Source: Octopus sinensis
Lineage: Eukaryota
Reading direction: 5' to 3'
Assembly: GCF_006345805.1 (NCBI RefSeq)
Contig: NC_043005.1
Coordinates: 98,394,001-98,458,000 of the forward strand
DNA: 64,000 nt
A program made the translations under genes and the position numbers. Below are positions 1-13,250 of the stretch, piece by piece (the first letter of the stretch is position 1; each line of letters starts with the position of its first letter). The notes beneath the pieces are model-generated. The model did not search any database. It saw nothing but the letters and a program-made list of their open reading frames with translations, and was not told the DNA's origin.

Positions 1-450
1 TGTTGTTAAGCAACAAGACGGGTAAGGGTGATTAGGTGATGGTCTAGGGCTTATGGGCGGGAGACCCCAGACCTTGGAAAAAAAAAAAAACTTTGGTCAT
101 CTTGTTGTAGTTGAGGGTACTTCATTGACGCCTGACACCACTGGGAGGTGGCCCTTGAAGTCGCTGGAAATGGAAATCTCCAGGTCCAAATTCTTGAACG
201 GCAGATGAACTATGTTGAGAAGTTTGGTGGTGAGAGACATCCCAGTTGTTAAGAATTAAATGTTAGGATTAAGTGAGAAATAAACATCATTGGCTGAATG
301 TGACCCTCTGACCCATTGATTATTTATTAGTTATCCCATGCTCTATTAATTCCTGCTGTTTCATACTCCTTCAGATCCTCATAAGTATTTACCTACACAC
401 CTGATTCCATTTCACCTTCACTAATCTCATCTCTGTTCTTTCTATTCCAG

Positions 451-1191
451 CACAGCCACTATATCATCCACCGGGACTTGAAAGCCGAGAATGTTTTCTA
501 TGCAGCCCCATTCTTTGTTAAAGTAGGAGACTTTGGTTTCAGCACGATTTGTCGATCAGAGCAACAAGAACTAAACACCTTCTGTGGCTCCCCACCTTAC
601 GCTGCACCAGAGCTCTTCAGAGACGATATCTATTATGGAACATTCGTTGATATATGGGCGCTGGGTATTCTGCTTTATTTCATGGTCACTGGCTCCATGC
701 CATTTCGAGCAGAGAATGTCACGAGAATGAAAAAATGTATTCTTAATGGTATGTATGCGATTCCGATGTTTGTGTCTGATAGCTGCCATTTTTTAATTCG
801 AGGAATATTGCGGTCTCTACCTCAGGACAGATTTACTATAGAAGAAATTAAGAACAGTGAATGGTTAGCAGGGGAAAACTACCCAAAGGCTTTACCGCCA
901 TACAGACTTTGTCCCACTGTTAATCTCACAGAATTAAAAGCAGATGAACAAGAGACCATTAAGATCCTTTGCCAGCTAGGAATTACACAAGAACATCTGA
1001 AGGAGGCCATCCGTAAGAATACGAGGAACTCTATAATTGGTGCTTACCGCATTGTGTTGCATCGAATACAGAAGAAGAACCAAGATAAAGATATTTATGC
1101 TATAGCAGAATTTTCTTCTCGATTATTTAAACAACAGGACAATAAGAAGAAAATGAGATCTCATATATCGAAACTTTGTTCAATCCTTTAA
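451..1191 (+). CDS. NIM1K: Terminal coding exon of a NIM1-type serine/threonine kinase (AMPK-related); upstream exons lie outside the window
   Basis: Polypyrimidine tract and acceptor ...tctattccAG at 449-450. The phase-0 exon reads [17 protein letters not shown]...VKVGDFGFS...[18 protein letters not shown]...[23 protein letters not shown], followed by a C-lobe tail ([21 protein letters not shown]) and C-terminal SKLCSIL, all matching the vertebrate NIM1K sequence as I recall it. Stop TAA 1189-1191. Confidence 0.92.
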   Translation, partial: HSHYIIHRDLKAENVFYAAPFFVKVGDFGFSTICRSEQQELNTFCGSPPYAAPELFRDDIYYGTFVDIWALGILLYFMVTGSMPFRAENVTRMKKCILNGMYAIPMFVSDSCHFLIRGILRSLPQDRFTIEEIKNSEWLAGENYPKALPPYRLCPTVNLTELKADEQETIKILCQLGITQEHLKEAIRKNTRNSIIGAYRIVLHRIQKKNQDKDIYAIAEFSSRLFKQQDNKKKMRSHISKLCSIL

Positions 1192-1379
1192 TGTACAGAA
1201 AAGAGACTCGCATATACGCACACTGAAATGTATATCATCTGTTTATGAACAGAAAGATACACTCATAAACGCACACACACATACACGTGTGTATAATCCC
1301 TGAACATGCAAAAGATACTCCACAGACAAAAGCACACGTGTAGAAACTTCAATGTACAGAAGACATACACACACATAAA

Positions 1380-1479
1380 GTGACATTCACACAACGGTGT
1401 ATGTGTCTCTATTCATTTACACACACACACACATTTATGTATGTATATATATACACATATATATGCATATGTATGTATG

Positions 1480-1523
<44 letters not shown>

Positions 1524-1598
1524 CACATATATATACACACGCACATACATATATGTGTTTATATCTATATATGTATGTATGTGTATATATGTGTATGA

Positions 1599-1643
<45 letters not shown>

Positions 1644-1886
1644 TGCATTTGTATGCATCTATATATGTATATATATGAATACACACAAGCATACACACAC
1701 ATATAAATTTATTTTGCACGTATGCATGTGTTTGTGTATATACACACATGCATGTACACATATAATATATATACATATACACATACACACAAACACATCT
1801 ATCTATATAACTACATATACATATATATATATATATATATCAATGTGTATGTGTATATACATATATTTTTGTATTGTTGCATGTGC

Positions 1887-1937
<51 letters not shown>

Positions 1938-1940
1938 TGT
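1380..1940. repeat. Compound (TA)n/(CA)n/(TATG)n microsatellite block downstream of NIM1K
   Basis: Direct inspection; it generates the YI/HT/CV spurious ORFs. Confidence 0.95.
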
Positions 1941-2472
1941 TCAAATATATCTTTAGAAAACCCTCATTATCATTATTACCAATATTATTGTTGTTCCTGT
2001 TATTGGTTTTTGTTCTTTCTGTTCTTATTATCAACGGAATCATCAGTCTTGGACAAAGTGCATTATGTTATTTGTTCTGGCTCTTCAGGTCTGGAGTTCA
2101 GTTCTCGCTGACGTCTACATTGCCTTTCATCCCTCTGTGATTGATAAAATAATGTATCAGTCAAGTACCGGGTCAATTTAATTGTCTGTTCCCTCTTACC
2201 CCCAGATTCCTGGCCTTGTGCCAACGTAAGAAATTCATCCTCATCAACACCAACATTATTTTTATAATCATTATTATTATCATCATCATCATTATTATTA
2301 TTATTATTATTGTTAAATTTACTTCCCAGAGCTCTCAATCTTGCTTGCTCCAGTTAATACTGTGAGAGTGGACAGCAACCGGTTGTCAAAGGTCTCACAG
2401 GTTCTCTCAGGGTCTCTTTCCAAGAATTATAAGATTTGGTACCTAGATGTTAAGTATGGTGGAAGATATTTA

Positions 2473-2527
<55 letters not shown>

Positions 2528-2537
2528 AAAGGCAAAA

Positions 2538-2756
2538 GCGGTGAGCTGGCAGAATTGTTAGCACTCCGGGCAAAATGTTTAGCAGCATTTTGTTGGTTTT
2601 TATGTTCAAATTCTGCTGAAGTCAACTTTGCCTTTCATCCCTTCGGGGTTGATAAATTTGTACCAGTGAAACACTGGAGTTGATGTAATCAACTAGTCCA
2701 CTCCCATAAAATTTCAGACCTTGTGTCTATAGTAGAAAAGATTATTATCATTATTA

Positions 2757-2787
<31 letters not shown>

Positions 2788-2810
2788 TATTATCATTATT
2801 ATAATAAAAC

Positions 2811-2854
<44 letters not shown>

Positions 2855-2911
2855 CATTATTATTATCATTATTATAATAAAACCTCATTATTATTATTAT
2901 TATTATTATCA

Positions 2912-2964
<53 letters not shown>

Positions 2965-3114
2965 TAAAACATGCTGGAGTGACAGAAATATGTGAGTGCT
3001 GGATATAAGGCCTTGCAATATATATAGTTAAGTACCATTGCATCTTTGCAATCTGTGTTCAACCTTCACCAAAGTTGATATTTGTTCAATTTTTTTTCCC
3101 CCAGAATCAATAAA

Positions 3115-3145
<31 letters not shown>

Positions 3146-3841
3146 TCAATGTGAACCAAAGAAGACTATTCAATCAATGGCATCATGACTACCTACCTAC
3201 CTTAAAAATATATATATATGTCCTTCTGCCAAAACTAGAGATCACCCTTGTAATTATGTGATTGTAGGTTGGTGCCGAGAACCAGGGATGTGGGAAACCA
3301 AATGAATGACACATGTTATTTTTTTTTCTATACCAGGATAATCCGGAATTTTGTGTGAGGTGTTTCAAGTCCTCTTTTGGGATTATCGCCCAATCCCATT
3401 TTAGAGGTCCTCTCTTGTTGTTATATTGTTATTCTACATTGTTATTGTTATTTATTGTTATCTATTATTGTGTCTTTTTTGTCTTTGTTTTTCGTCCCCC
3501 AGTTCCTTGTTTTCTTTTTTATCTTTTGTATTTTGTCCTTGACCCATGCAGCTAATAAAAATCATTATTACTATTATCATTGTTGTTGTTGTTACTATTT
3601 ATTGTTATTGTTGTTGTTATGATTAAGGCAGTGAGCTGGAAGAATTGTTTCCACTCCAAGCAAAATTCTTCGTGGCGTTTAACTTGTCTTTATGTTCTGA
3701 GATCAAATTCTGCTGAGACCAACTTTGTCGTTCATCCTTTTTGGGTCAATAAATTAAGCACCAGTTGATCACTGGGGTCGATAATAATTGACTTAACCTC
3801 TCCCTCAAAGTTTCTGGCTTTGTGCCAAAACTTGAAATCAC

Positions 3842-3873
<32 letters not shown>

Positions 3874-4110
3874 GTAGTAGTAGTAGTAGTAGTATTGCAG
3901 TAAAATGGACAGAATTGGTTGTTCCATGGATAAAGTACTTTGTGACATTTTTCCCAGTTTTTCTCTTTATTTCCTTAGGTCAAGTCTTGCCTAGTACGAC
4001 TTTGCCTTTTATCCTTCCAAGGTTGATAAATTGAAGTTCCAGTTAAGTACTGATGCCAAAATAATCAACATATTTCTTCCTTTCAAAATCAATATCCTTG
4101 TTCCTATCAT
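2538..4110 (+). mobile_element. Three same-orientation older family A SINE copies (~2538-2745, ~3627-3845, ~3895-4110), each followed by an (ATT)n-type tail
   Basis: Shared GAGCTGG..GAATTG, TCAAATTCTGCTGA..CAACTTTG.CTTTCATCC and GATAAATT motifs. Confidence 0.75.
2740..2965. repeat. (ATT)n compound microsatellite
   Basis: Direct inspection; an internal ATAATAAAACCTC motif is duplicated. Confidence 0.95.
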
Positions 4111-4564
4111 TATTACTGTTGTTGTTGTTATTGTAGTTGTGATTATTATTTCCTTTTATTGACATATGATTAATAAGAAAGATCATATTTATCCCCACTT
4201 AAAGGTAGATATTGCATTAGAACAAGCTATACTGCAATAGATTACATGAGAGAAATTCTCATGTTGGCTTATGGCACAAAATGCATCCTTGTTTATATTT
4301 CTAGTGGGTGGGTGGTGGGATAAATGCCCACCATCTCCAGTGTCATGACCACCAAATCCTGTGATTTTGCCCTTCCTTGGGCTTCTCAATGATAGACACG
4401 TGACTACTAGAGATAACAGTGACTAATTTCTCCATCAGTGATATACAAAATAACAACACCTGAACAGACACTGGCATCACAATTAGTGTGGCAGCATGTT
4501 AAAAAGTATATATTAGTGACTGATGCAGTATTAATACCGAGAAGTAATAGTTATTCTCACTTAA

Positions 4565-5126
4565 CCCTTTCGTTACTGTATTTTGAGATGCTCTATTAAG
4601 GGGTAGCAGCCACCAGGTGTATGTCTCTGGCTTCGGCTGCAATGCTGCCGCAGACGTCCACCAAAGCCGCTGGCAGCCCCCGCGGTGGCCACCACCTTCA
4701 CACCACCTTCTGAAAAAGGCAGCGAGCTGGCAGAACCGTTAACACGAATGCGTAGCCGTATTTCGTCTGCCGTTACGTTTTGAGTTCAAATTCCGCTGAG
4801 GTCGACTTTGCCTTTCATCCTTTTGGGGTCAATAAATTAAGTATCAGTTACGCACTGGGGTCGATGTAATCGACTTAATTCGTTTGTCTGTCCTTGTTTG
4901 TCCCCTCTATGTTTAGCCCCTTGTGGGTAATAAAGGAACATATTTTGAGATGCTCTGTGTTTCTTTCAATTATTTTAAATATAACAAAGAATTTAGTAAA
5001 ATAACTTAGTTATCATTAAGCTAGTGTTAGGAATGCGAATTGTGACTAAGGCTTGGTGGAATATTTTAATTTAAAAATTATGAAAACAAGACATTTTACC
5101 ACATAGCCGGGTTAGTAACAAAAGGG
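4565..5126. mobile_element. piggyBac-like MITE carrying a SINE insertion
   Basis: TTAA at 4561-4564 and 5127-5130. Termini CCCTTTCGTTACT / AGTAACAAAAGGG. Confidence 0.75.
4595..4940 (+). mobile_element. Family A SINE with an extra ~120-bp GC-rich 5' segment, flanked by a 16-bp TSD
   Basis: TSD TATTTTGAGATGCTCT at 4579-4594 and 4941-4956. SINE head GGCAGCGAGCTGGCAGAA near 4718, B-box-like GAGTTCAAATTCC. Confidence 0.85.
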
Positions 5127-5337
5127 TTAAACCCGAATGTTCAGTTAGAAGAAACTGTATTCTACACAGTTTGTTCTTACAAAACATTCATATTTAAGTG
5201 GGGCTAAATATTACCTCTTGGTATTAGTAGAGCCTCTGTTGCTAATATATATGATTAATGAAATGTTCAGTGTTGAAATGTAAGCCGTATTGGTCATGAA
5301 TGGTATATATTTGCATTGAATACTGTATACCAGTATC

Positions 5338-5372
<35 letters not shown>

Positions 5373-7855
5373 CTTATTGTAATTTATTCAAGACACTCAT
5401 TAAAAATAGATGCATTGATAAAACCAAATTATGAACCTTTAAATGCACTTGCATCACCAAAACTTTTAAATGCCATTCCATAATCCTCAGTAGTCAACAG
5501 GTTGCTATCACCATTGTTGTCATTGCTATCCTCCTCCTCCTCCACCTCTTCCTCCCCTTCACTCCTCCTCCTCCTCCTCCTCATTATCATCATTATCATC
5601 AACAACAACAACCCACCAGAAGTTTCCTCATTATTTTCTGGATCATATCATACCAAACATAATCTCTAACATAACCTTTTGTGTCATCCATGTCACTTGG
5701 AATCTCTCACATTTCTCTTAAAAGATTTTGCATTGCTTTCCTTACCAATATTTTTCTGTCACCTCTTCAAGCCAAAGTCTCTTTAATGAAAAGCACCTGT
5801 TATCCCAACTATTAAATATTAATCCATAACTTTCAAGTAGTCAAAAGCTTGTCTTTCCTATCATTGTTATCATTGCTGATAGTTTCCTCATTAATATTAT
5901 CTACATCATCATCATCATCATCATCATCATCCTCTAAGGCATTATTTGTAAGTCTGCACAGCACATGAAATCATACATTTCTTAAGAGATTTCAAAACAA
6001 TTTCCTTATCTATATCTTTCATATCTCTTTATCCCAAAAACATACCACACACAAACAAGACACTCACACAGACCAAACTTTCTCAATATTTTCTCCCCAT
6101 TAATTACATTGTGTAGCACAATTTTTGACCTTGGGTAGCATCTGTTATTTCCTATTTGCTTAGCCTTAGAGACTATTGTAAAGTTGCTTTTGTAATATTT
6201 ATTCAAAGTCCAAAGAATCCCTCTCAACACATGGCTATGATGCTCTCCCATTACTCCTGCTCATGATCAGAGATGCACGTATTGCCCGTCACTAAGGGAT
6301 ATGCACAAGTGGTTAAGATCAAGCAACTGACAAGCAAATCTGTGGTATTGAGCAGAATATTTGCCATAACAATATTTCTGCTTTAGCAACTCAGTGCTGA
6401 GTCTGTCTGAAATGTAATGGGAAATAGGTCAGTTTCAAAACATTGATGTCTTGGTGAGAAAAGCAATGTTCGAAGGGAATAGTCATTTCTTTTTATTTCT
6501 AGAGAGAAGCAAATAGGAAATAACACTTACTGACCAAAGACAATAAATAAATAAGAAAAATAATAATTTTGTTACACAGTGTTATACCATCGTTCTATCT
6601 TTTTAACTTACTCTGTCTTTAAATGGCTTCTTAATTATTAACAACAAATAGCTGCAAGTTTCTCTTTAACCTACTTGAAATAACAACAATGTCAATCTTA
6701 GTTTCAAGAATAGCTTTAACAATAGACACAAAAGGTGGACACAAAAGGTAGAAATCTTCTGTTTCTTATCTTTTGTATTAAAAGTTTCCAACCATTTTCA
6801 TCCTTCAATTGATTTTTCTGTTGATGTCTCTATTTGGAAATTTTTCTTTGGACAGTTGTTTTCTTCATTTATAAGTCATCATAGGTTTTAATTTACTCCC
6901 TTACATATAAGAACAATTATAAAGTGAGTTTTGTTTTATGGCCAACAATTTTCCTGAGAACAGATTTTATGCTAGCATCTAGCTTCATCTACAACAGTGT
7001 TTCGCAATCACAGACCTCTTTGATTCCTTTTTTTCTAGGATGTATCCTCATAGCCATTTGATATTTAATGCTTTAGCATTTCAACCGGCCGTATCCAGCC
7101 CAAATATTCCACTTGTTTTATGTTGAAGGTGATCATATCTTGCTTCTCATACCAAACCTACAATGTCACACTAAAAATAAACAATCACATCATAGAGGTC
7201 TCGATTCTATGAGATAATATATGATTATAGAGTTCTATATTTAAGAGATGAGGAATTATTTACATTATTTACAATTGACGGATATTTGTCCTCATCTTGT
7301 TTATTGTTAACACAGCGTTTCAGCTGATATACCATCAAACGCATTCCATACTTGGACATAATAGCCCCTATTTAAGAGATAACCATAAAGATACCAAAAG
7401 CACCTGAAGATTTATGGTTTGGTTTCTATAACTTCAGAAAGTTGGACTATGAACTTTTATGCTTCTTTTTTCTTCTTTCTTTCCATCTCCTTATTCTTTT
7501 ACTCTCTTCCTCTATGTTCTCATCTTATTAATATATACCATTCTCATTTTCCATATTTTTTCCCCCTATTTGTCTCTGATGACAGAATATCCCATACTCA
7601 GGGATATCTCAGAAACAGCTGTAAGATTTTGAATTTCTTCCTATAATAATATTGTTTATGACTTGAAATGATTGTCTTGCCTTAATGTTTGCTGTCCTGT
7701 TTAACAATTGTATATCCTCATCATCGGAAATCTACAATGGCTCCATAACTACCGTTTCGGCTATAACTTTGGTGCACGTACCTAGCATACCTAATCAATG
7801 ATATATATATCATCATCATCATCATCATGATGATATATATATCATCATCATCATC

Positions 7856-7890
<35 letters not shown>

Positions 7891-7891
7891 A

Positions 7892-7938
<47 letters not shown>

Positions 7939-9291
7939 TATATACATATTATATATTAAAAAAGACCTCCTTTCTCCTTTGGTCACGAATGACTATGAAA
8001 TTGCACCTAGAAAGTTCCTCTCTGAAGCACAAGTCTGGGCAGAGTTGTTTGTGGAAGACAAACAGTCGTCCATGCATATCAATCTCTCCTTTACATGCCA
8101 CCAATGTTATCCAAGGGCAAAGGCCAATACACCTCAGCACCAACTTATTTCTACAGCTAAGTAAACTGGAGTAGCACTGTTTTTAATCCGCTAATGAAAT
8201 AAAATGTCTTGCTCTAAAAGTCAACACAGACTGGTCCAGGAATCAAACTCACAACCTTATGATTGTAATCCCGATGCTCCAACCACTGAGCCATGCACCT
8301 TCACACACACACCACGTGATGGTTGTAAAAACGGTTGTCAATGCATACAGTTAGTGTCATTCATTTCCAATATTTTGTGAGAACGTCTGGCCATGGGAAG
8401 ATACTAAGTTACTTAAAAGGATGAGGATTGGTGCCAGAAAGGTAAACAAACTGGTGCCCCAGCATGACCGCGGCCTTCGGGCTAAAACATTTTTAAGGAT
8501 TTAAGGAAACTACGTGAACCCCATACAACCTAAGCGAGCATAGGAAACTGGACGTTAAACTGATGATGATGATGAGGATCTAACACGTGAAGCGACTTCC
8601 TCGTTGGCTCGATAAAATACCTATTCCCTTATTCTCTTATATGTTTCAGTCCAATGACTGTGGCCATACTGGAGCACCGCCATAGTAATCATCTTTCCCC
8701 TTGCCACCTTTGTCGGAGCAGCTTCTGGTGAAGGATGGAGTTCGATGCTACTGCCCTCTTTTGAGTTTCTTGCTAAGATATTGGCTCATCTGGGATCTCG
8801 GTGAGCCAGAAGTCAAGTTCACGTTTGAAAACGTCTACATCCACCCCATGGAGGCTCATCAGATGCTTCGACAGACAGTTAAACAGCTGTGGGCCCTTGA
8901 AATCCAAGCTATAATATACTAGGATAGATTTAATGGACTCTCCTCATTATTTTTCCAACTGACAAATATCTTTATATTTCTACTAAAATAAGAATTTGTT
9001 TTCAAAAGAAGACGGAAAAAAAAGTTATTGGTTAACTCCCTTTATTAAACGTTTTCACAGAACTGTAATAGTTACCTCCCTTGGGAAATTTACAATTCCT
9101 TGTTTTTGCTTTAGCATTTTTTTTTTTACCGTTTTTTGCGTCAATTCTTTTATTGATCGTTTTCTTCCTTCTTTCTTTCGTTGCTATTCTTCCATTCATT
9201 TATATTCGCTTGAAGTGATTTTATTGTAATTAAGTGATTGCATCGGGGGAAAATATTTCCGTTATTTAATGAGCAGAATCTTTCCACCAGG

Positions 9292-9323
<32 letters not shown>

Positions 9324-9521
9324 ATGATGATGATGATGCTGATGATGATGGTGGTGGTGGTGGTGGTGGTGGTGATGATGACAATGACGACGACGACGAC
9401 CAACAGTTAGAAGGAAAACAAAGAAATATTTATTGTTCAACATAAGTTTGTAACCATACTGAAACCAAAAGATAATGTTTAACCACAGAAATTTTAATCT
9501 TATTTACGAAATTCTCTCAGG

Positions 9522-9554
<33 letters not shown>

Positions 9555-9579
9555 TGTATGTATGTATATATGCATGTAA

Positions 9580-9870
9580 GCGAGACAGATGAATGACAAC
9601 CCGGCCACTGGTGGTGGTGTAACACACCATACTAATCATATCTGTCGGACATGTGGAAGAGAGTGTAATTTGGCAGGAGGACTTAAACGACATGCAAAGG
9701 TACATGAGCCCAGTTACAACTACAGCCGGCTGTTGGCCGGTAAAGGTTTTAGTTGCCAATTTTGTACAAGACATTGTAGATCTTTAGCTGGGCTAAAAAG
9801 TCACATTCAATCACAGCACCAGTAACAGTTAAGCCTCGTGCAATGGCCATACTCGATAACGAGGGGGCAG
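9580..9870 (+). mobile_element. Probable 3' end of an RTE-like LINE encoding two terminal C2H2 fingers
   Basis: ORF 9589-9825 has CRTCGRECNLAGGLKRHAKVH and CQFCTRHCRSLAGLKSHIQSQH. It is followed by a short UTR ATGGCCATACTCGATAACGAGGGGGCAGCCATCAT with a CTCG-ATAA-CGAG stem-loop, as at RTE 3' ends. No TGEKP linker. Confidence 0.55.
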
Positions 9871-9884
9871 CCATCATATATGTA

Positions 9885-9916
<32 letters not shown>

Positions 9917-9955
9917 GCTGAATGGTCATGACTTTTGTTTTTCATACAAGGAATC

Positions 9956-10885
9956 CAGTGGTGGCTCCTGTATAGGAACTGCAGAACTGCAGCATCCCTT
10001 ATTTCCATTTGATATTATTGATAAGGTTCAATATAATGAATCCTTTTTCCTTTAATTCTTTCTTTACGCTTGTGCATTATATAATCCATGGAGGCACAAT
10101 GGCCCAGTGGTTAGGGCAGCGGACTCACGGTCGGAGGATCGCGGTTTCAATTCCCAGACCGGGCATTGTGTGTGTTTATTGAGCGAAAACATCTAGAAGC
10201 TCCACGAGGCTCTGTCAGGGGGTGGTGACGACCCCTGTTGTACTCTTTTGCCCCAGCTTTCTCTCACCCTTTCTTCCTGTTTCTTGAGTAACGCTGCGAT
10301 GGACTGGCATCCCGTCCTGCTGGGGGGAATTAGCCATCCTCTAGTTTATGAAAACAATACAAAAATCCTTGGATAGAACTGCAATTCACAGTTCCGGTGA
10401 CGCTGTGTTTGGCTGCTGTGTGCATGCTCAAATGTCCGAGATAGGAAGCTTCATGTTAGGAAGAGAGAGCTCTGCATCAATGACAGTGCTGGGTAAAAGG
10501 TAGTGCTGTTTTTTTACTCTGCCCGTGTTGTTTATATTCTTGAAAAATATAAACATGTTTATATTCTTGAATGTGATAAAGTGTAGAATTAGATTGTCAT
10601 CCTGCTTCCAGCTTCAGTGTTGCTACCAGGATTTGAAAAATAGGACACATTTCCACCCTTATTTTGTGATTTAGGGAGAATTTTTGAAAAACAAGGGGGA
10701 ATTCGAGGCAGTGTTCAGTAAACAAATTAAACGCACTACTTGGCAGTGGCTAAAACGTAAACCGATCAAGTTTATCTATAAATTTTCTATTTATATCTTT
10801 GCTTCCTTTTTACACAATATTAAAACAATGTCTAAAAATTTTCTGAAGCAGCACCCCCGCTAATTTTATCTATGAACCACCACTG
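9956..10885. mobile_element. Non-autonomous hAT-like element
   Basis: Termini CAGTGGTGGCTC / GAACCACCACTG. Flanks AAGGAATC and ATGGGATC match 6/8, consistent with a decayed 8-bp TSD. Confidence 0.6.
10089..10330 (+). mobile_element. tRNA-derived SINE (family B) inserted in a hAT-like element
   Basis: TGGAGGCACAATGGCCCAGTGGTTAGGGCAGCGGACTC head with A-box TGGCCCAGTGG and B-box GTTTCAATTCC. Confidence 0.85.
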
Positions 10886-11314
10886 ATGGGATCCCAAGTT
10901 CAATCTCACTGTATTACATCATGAGTGAATGTCATTTTCTTCACTCTTCAGTTGACTCAAACCTTGTGAGTGAAATTAAGCAGGTAAAACTGTGCAGAAG
11001 CCTAGCAGATGGATTTTTATCTTTAATTCGAAAGGTATATCCTTGTCACACACTGTATCATGCTGATTCTGTCTGCGAATTGCATTAATGGGACATGGTG
11101 TCTGTGGAATGCTCCTATCATTTACGTGTGAATTCAGGAACAGGTAATACAGGTGATTAAAGAACTGAATCCTTCATTGATTGATGGAATTCTATCACTA
11201 CCACCATTGTCTACATATGCTCACATGTGTGCATGTGTAAGTGAGTGTGTGTGTGTACATGTGCGTGCGTGTGTGTGTGTGTGTGTGTGTGTGCATGCGT
11301 GTGTGTGTGTATAT

Positions 11315-11555
11315 TACTCTTTTACACGTTTTGACTTGTTTCAGTCATTTGACTGTGGCCATGCTGGAGCACCGCCTTGAAGGGCTTTCATTGAACAAAT
11401 CAACCCCAAAACTTATTTCTTAAGCCTAGTACTTATACCATTGGTCTCTTTTATCGAACCAGTAAGTTACAGGGATGTGAACACACCAACACTGTCAAGC
11501 GGTGATGGGGGGGATAAACACAAAGACACACACATAAATATATACATAAATATAT

Positions 11556-11610
<55 letters not shown>

Positions 11611-11730
11611 TGACAGGTTTCTTTCAGTTTCTGTCTACCAAATTCACTCACAATGGTTTGGTTGGCTTGAGGCTATAGTAGAAGACTCTTGCCCAAGGTA
11701 CCATGAGTTGGGAAGCAAGCTTCTTACCAC
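11315..11730 (-). mobile_element. tRNA-derived SINE (family C, internal CA/TA microsatellite); further copies at 27385-27721 (-), 57965-58358 (+), and partial copies at ~55435-55560, 61085-61200, 24860-24930
   Basis: Shared segments GGCTATAGTAGAAGACACTTGCCCAAGGT, GCCTAGTACTTATTC and GACTGTGGCCATGCTGGAGCACCGCC. Confidence 0.85.
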
Positions 11731-11732
11731 AA

Positions 11733-11764
<32 letters not shown>

Positions 11765-11869
11765 GTGCAGTGCACACACACACGCGCACACGCATGCACA
11801 CACACACGTGCACACGCGTGCACACACACATGCATATATATTTGTATACTTTTTTAATCTTTTAATCAT

Positions 11870-12155
11870 CATCATCACCATCATCGTTTAACGTCCGCTT
11901 TCCATGCTAGCATGGGTTGGACGATTTGACTGGGGACTGGCGAACCAGATGGCTGCACCAGGCTCCAATCTTGATCTGGCAGAGTTTCTACAGCTGGATG
12001 CCCTTCCTAACGCCAACCACTCCATGAGTGTAGTGGGTGCTTTTAAAGTGCCACTGGCATGAGGGCCAGTCTGGTGGTACTGGCAACGGCCACACTCAAA
12101 AATGGTGTTTTTTACGTGCCACCTGCACAGGAGTCAGTCCAGCAGCACTGGCAAC
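11870..12155 (-). mobile_element. RTE-tail-derived repeat (family D); inverted-orientation copy at ~54812-55012
   Basis: CATCATCGTTTAACGTCCGCTTTCCATGCTAGCATGGGTTGG...CTGGATGCCCTTCCTAACGCCAACC matches the 3' UTR of the RTE relic at 61445. Confidence 0.8.
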
Positions 12156-13020
12156 TCTTTTAATGACTTCAAATTATTAACTGAAGTAGAACTGTCAGGA
12201 TTTTGAGCAGGTTTTTACAGATCTTAGTATTTTCTCAATTCCTCTATCATAGAGGAATGCAACTTACATGTTAAAAATATCTTAAAATATCATTGTTTAT
12301 TTTTATTCTATGTATCGATTCTTCTGCAATTGCTTGCCAACATAGGTTGAACAAATCAACTTGGTCTGAATGAATTCTTATTTAGAGTTACAGTTCTCCC
12401 AGGTGACTTGGATGACCACGTCTTGATTGTGTATTCCTGTTTCCAACAGACTTATTGGTAAAGAGAGAACCAATCTAATTCAGTCCTTAGTCTACCTCAT
12501 GTTGTGCTGTACATTATGCTATCTGCCATGTTTGCTTCTGGGTTGCTAATGCTTTCTTTCGACACTTTATGTAGTAAGTTAGTTTGTATGAGAAGAGGTT
12601 GGAGATTAACTGACATTTTCATCAAACTAGTCATGTAAGATATAAAATGCCCTGCATGTTTTATTAGAATTACTGGCAGAAAAATGGTCCTTTGGGCAGT
12701 TTTCTGCTGGCATATGTGTTGCGAATATTGATATTATATATACATACAGATATGATACATAAATTATTATAGAGTGAATTGACAATATGCTCATGAATTG
12801 AACGAAGACTCTGTTATAGTTTGTTCTGTAATCAGTAAAATAATCCATGATGCATTTAAGAAAAGACGATAATGGAAATTGGAAAAGAGATGAAACTGCC
12901 AAGGGAAAATATCCATGAATCTTCATTTGAGTAAATTTGAAAATAGATGCCCAGGTAGGAATTAAGGAATTACATTTACCACTATGAAGAGTTGAGTTTT
13001 ACTATATTGTTCTTTCATTA

Positions 13021-13250
13021 GGGCGGCGAGCTGGCAGAAATGATAGCACGCCGGGCGAAATGCATAGCCGTATTTCGTCTGCGGTTATGTTCTGAGTTCA
13101 CATTCCGCAGAGGTTGACTTTGCCTTTCATCCTTTCAGGGTCGATAAATTAAGTATCAGTTACGCACTGGGATCGATGTAATCAACTTAATCCGTTTGTC
13201 TGTCCTTGTTTGTCCTCTCTATGTTTAGCCCCTTGTGGGTAGTAAAGAAA
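13021..13250 (+). mobile_element. Family A SINE, full length
   Basis: GGGCGGCGAGCTGGCAGAA head and CCCCTTGTGGGTAGTAAAGAAA tail. 18-bp TSD TATATTGTT(C/G)TTTCATTA at 13003-13020 and 13251-13268. Confidence 0.9.

Noticed and set aside
1380-2140. Many 70-170 aa ORFs (YI, HT, CV, MYVC repeats), also at 20.9-21.4, 25.4-26.4, 28-30, 32 and 37.6-39 kb
   Set aside because: These are translations of TA/CA/TATG microsatellites, which lack stops in some frames; there is no coding signal.
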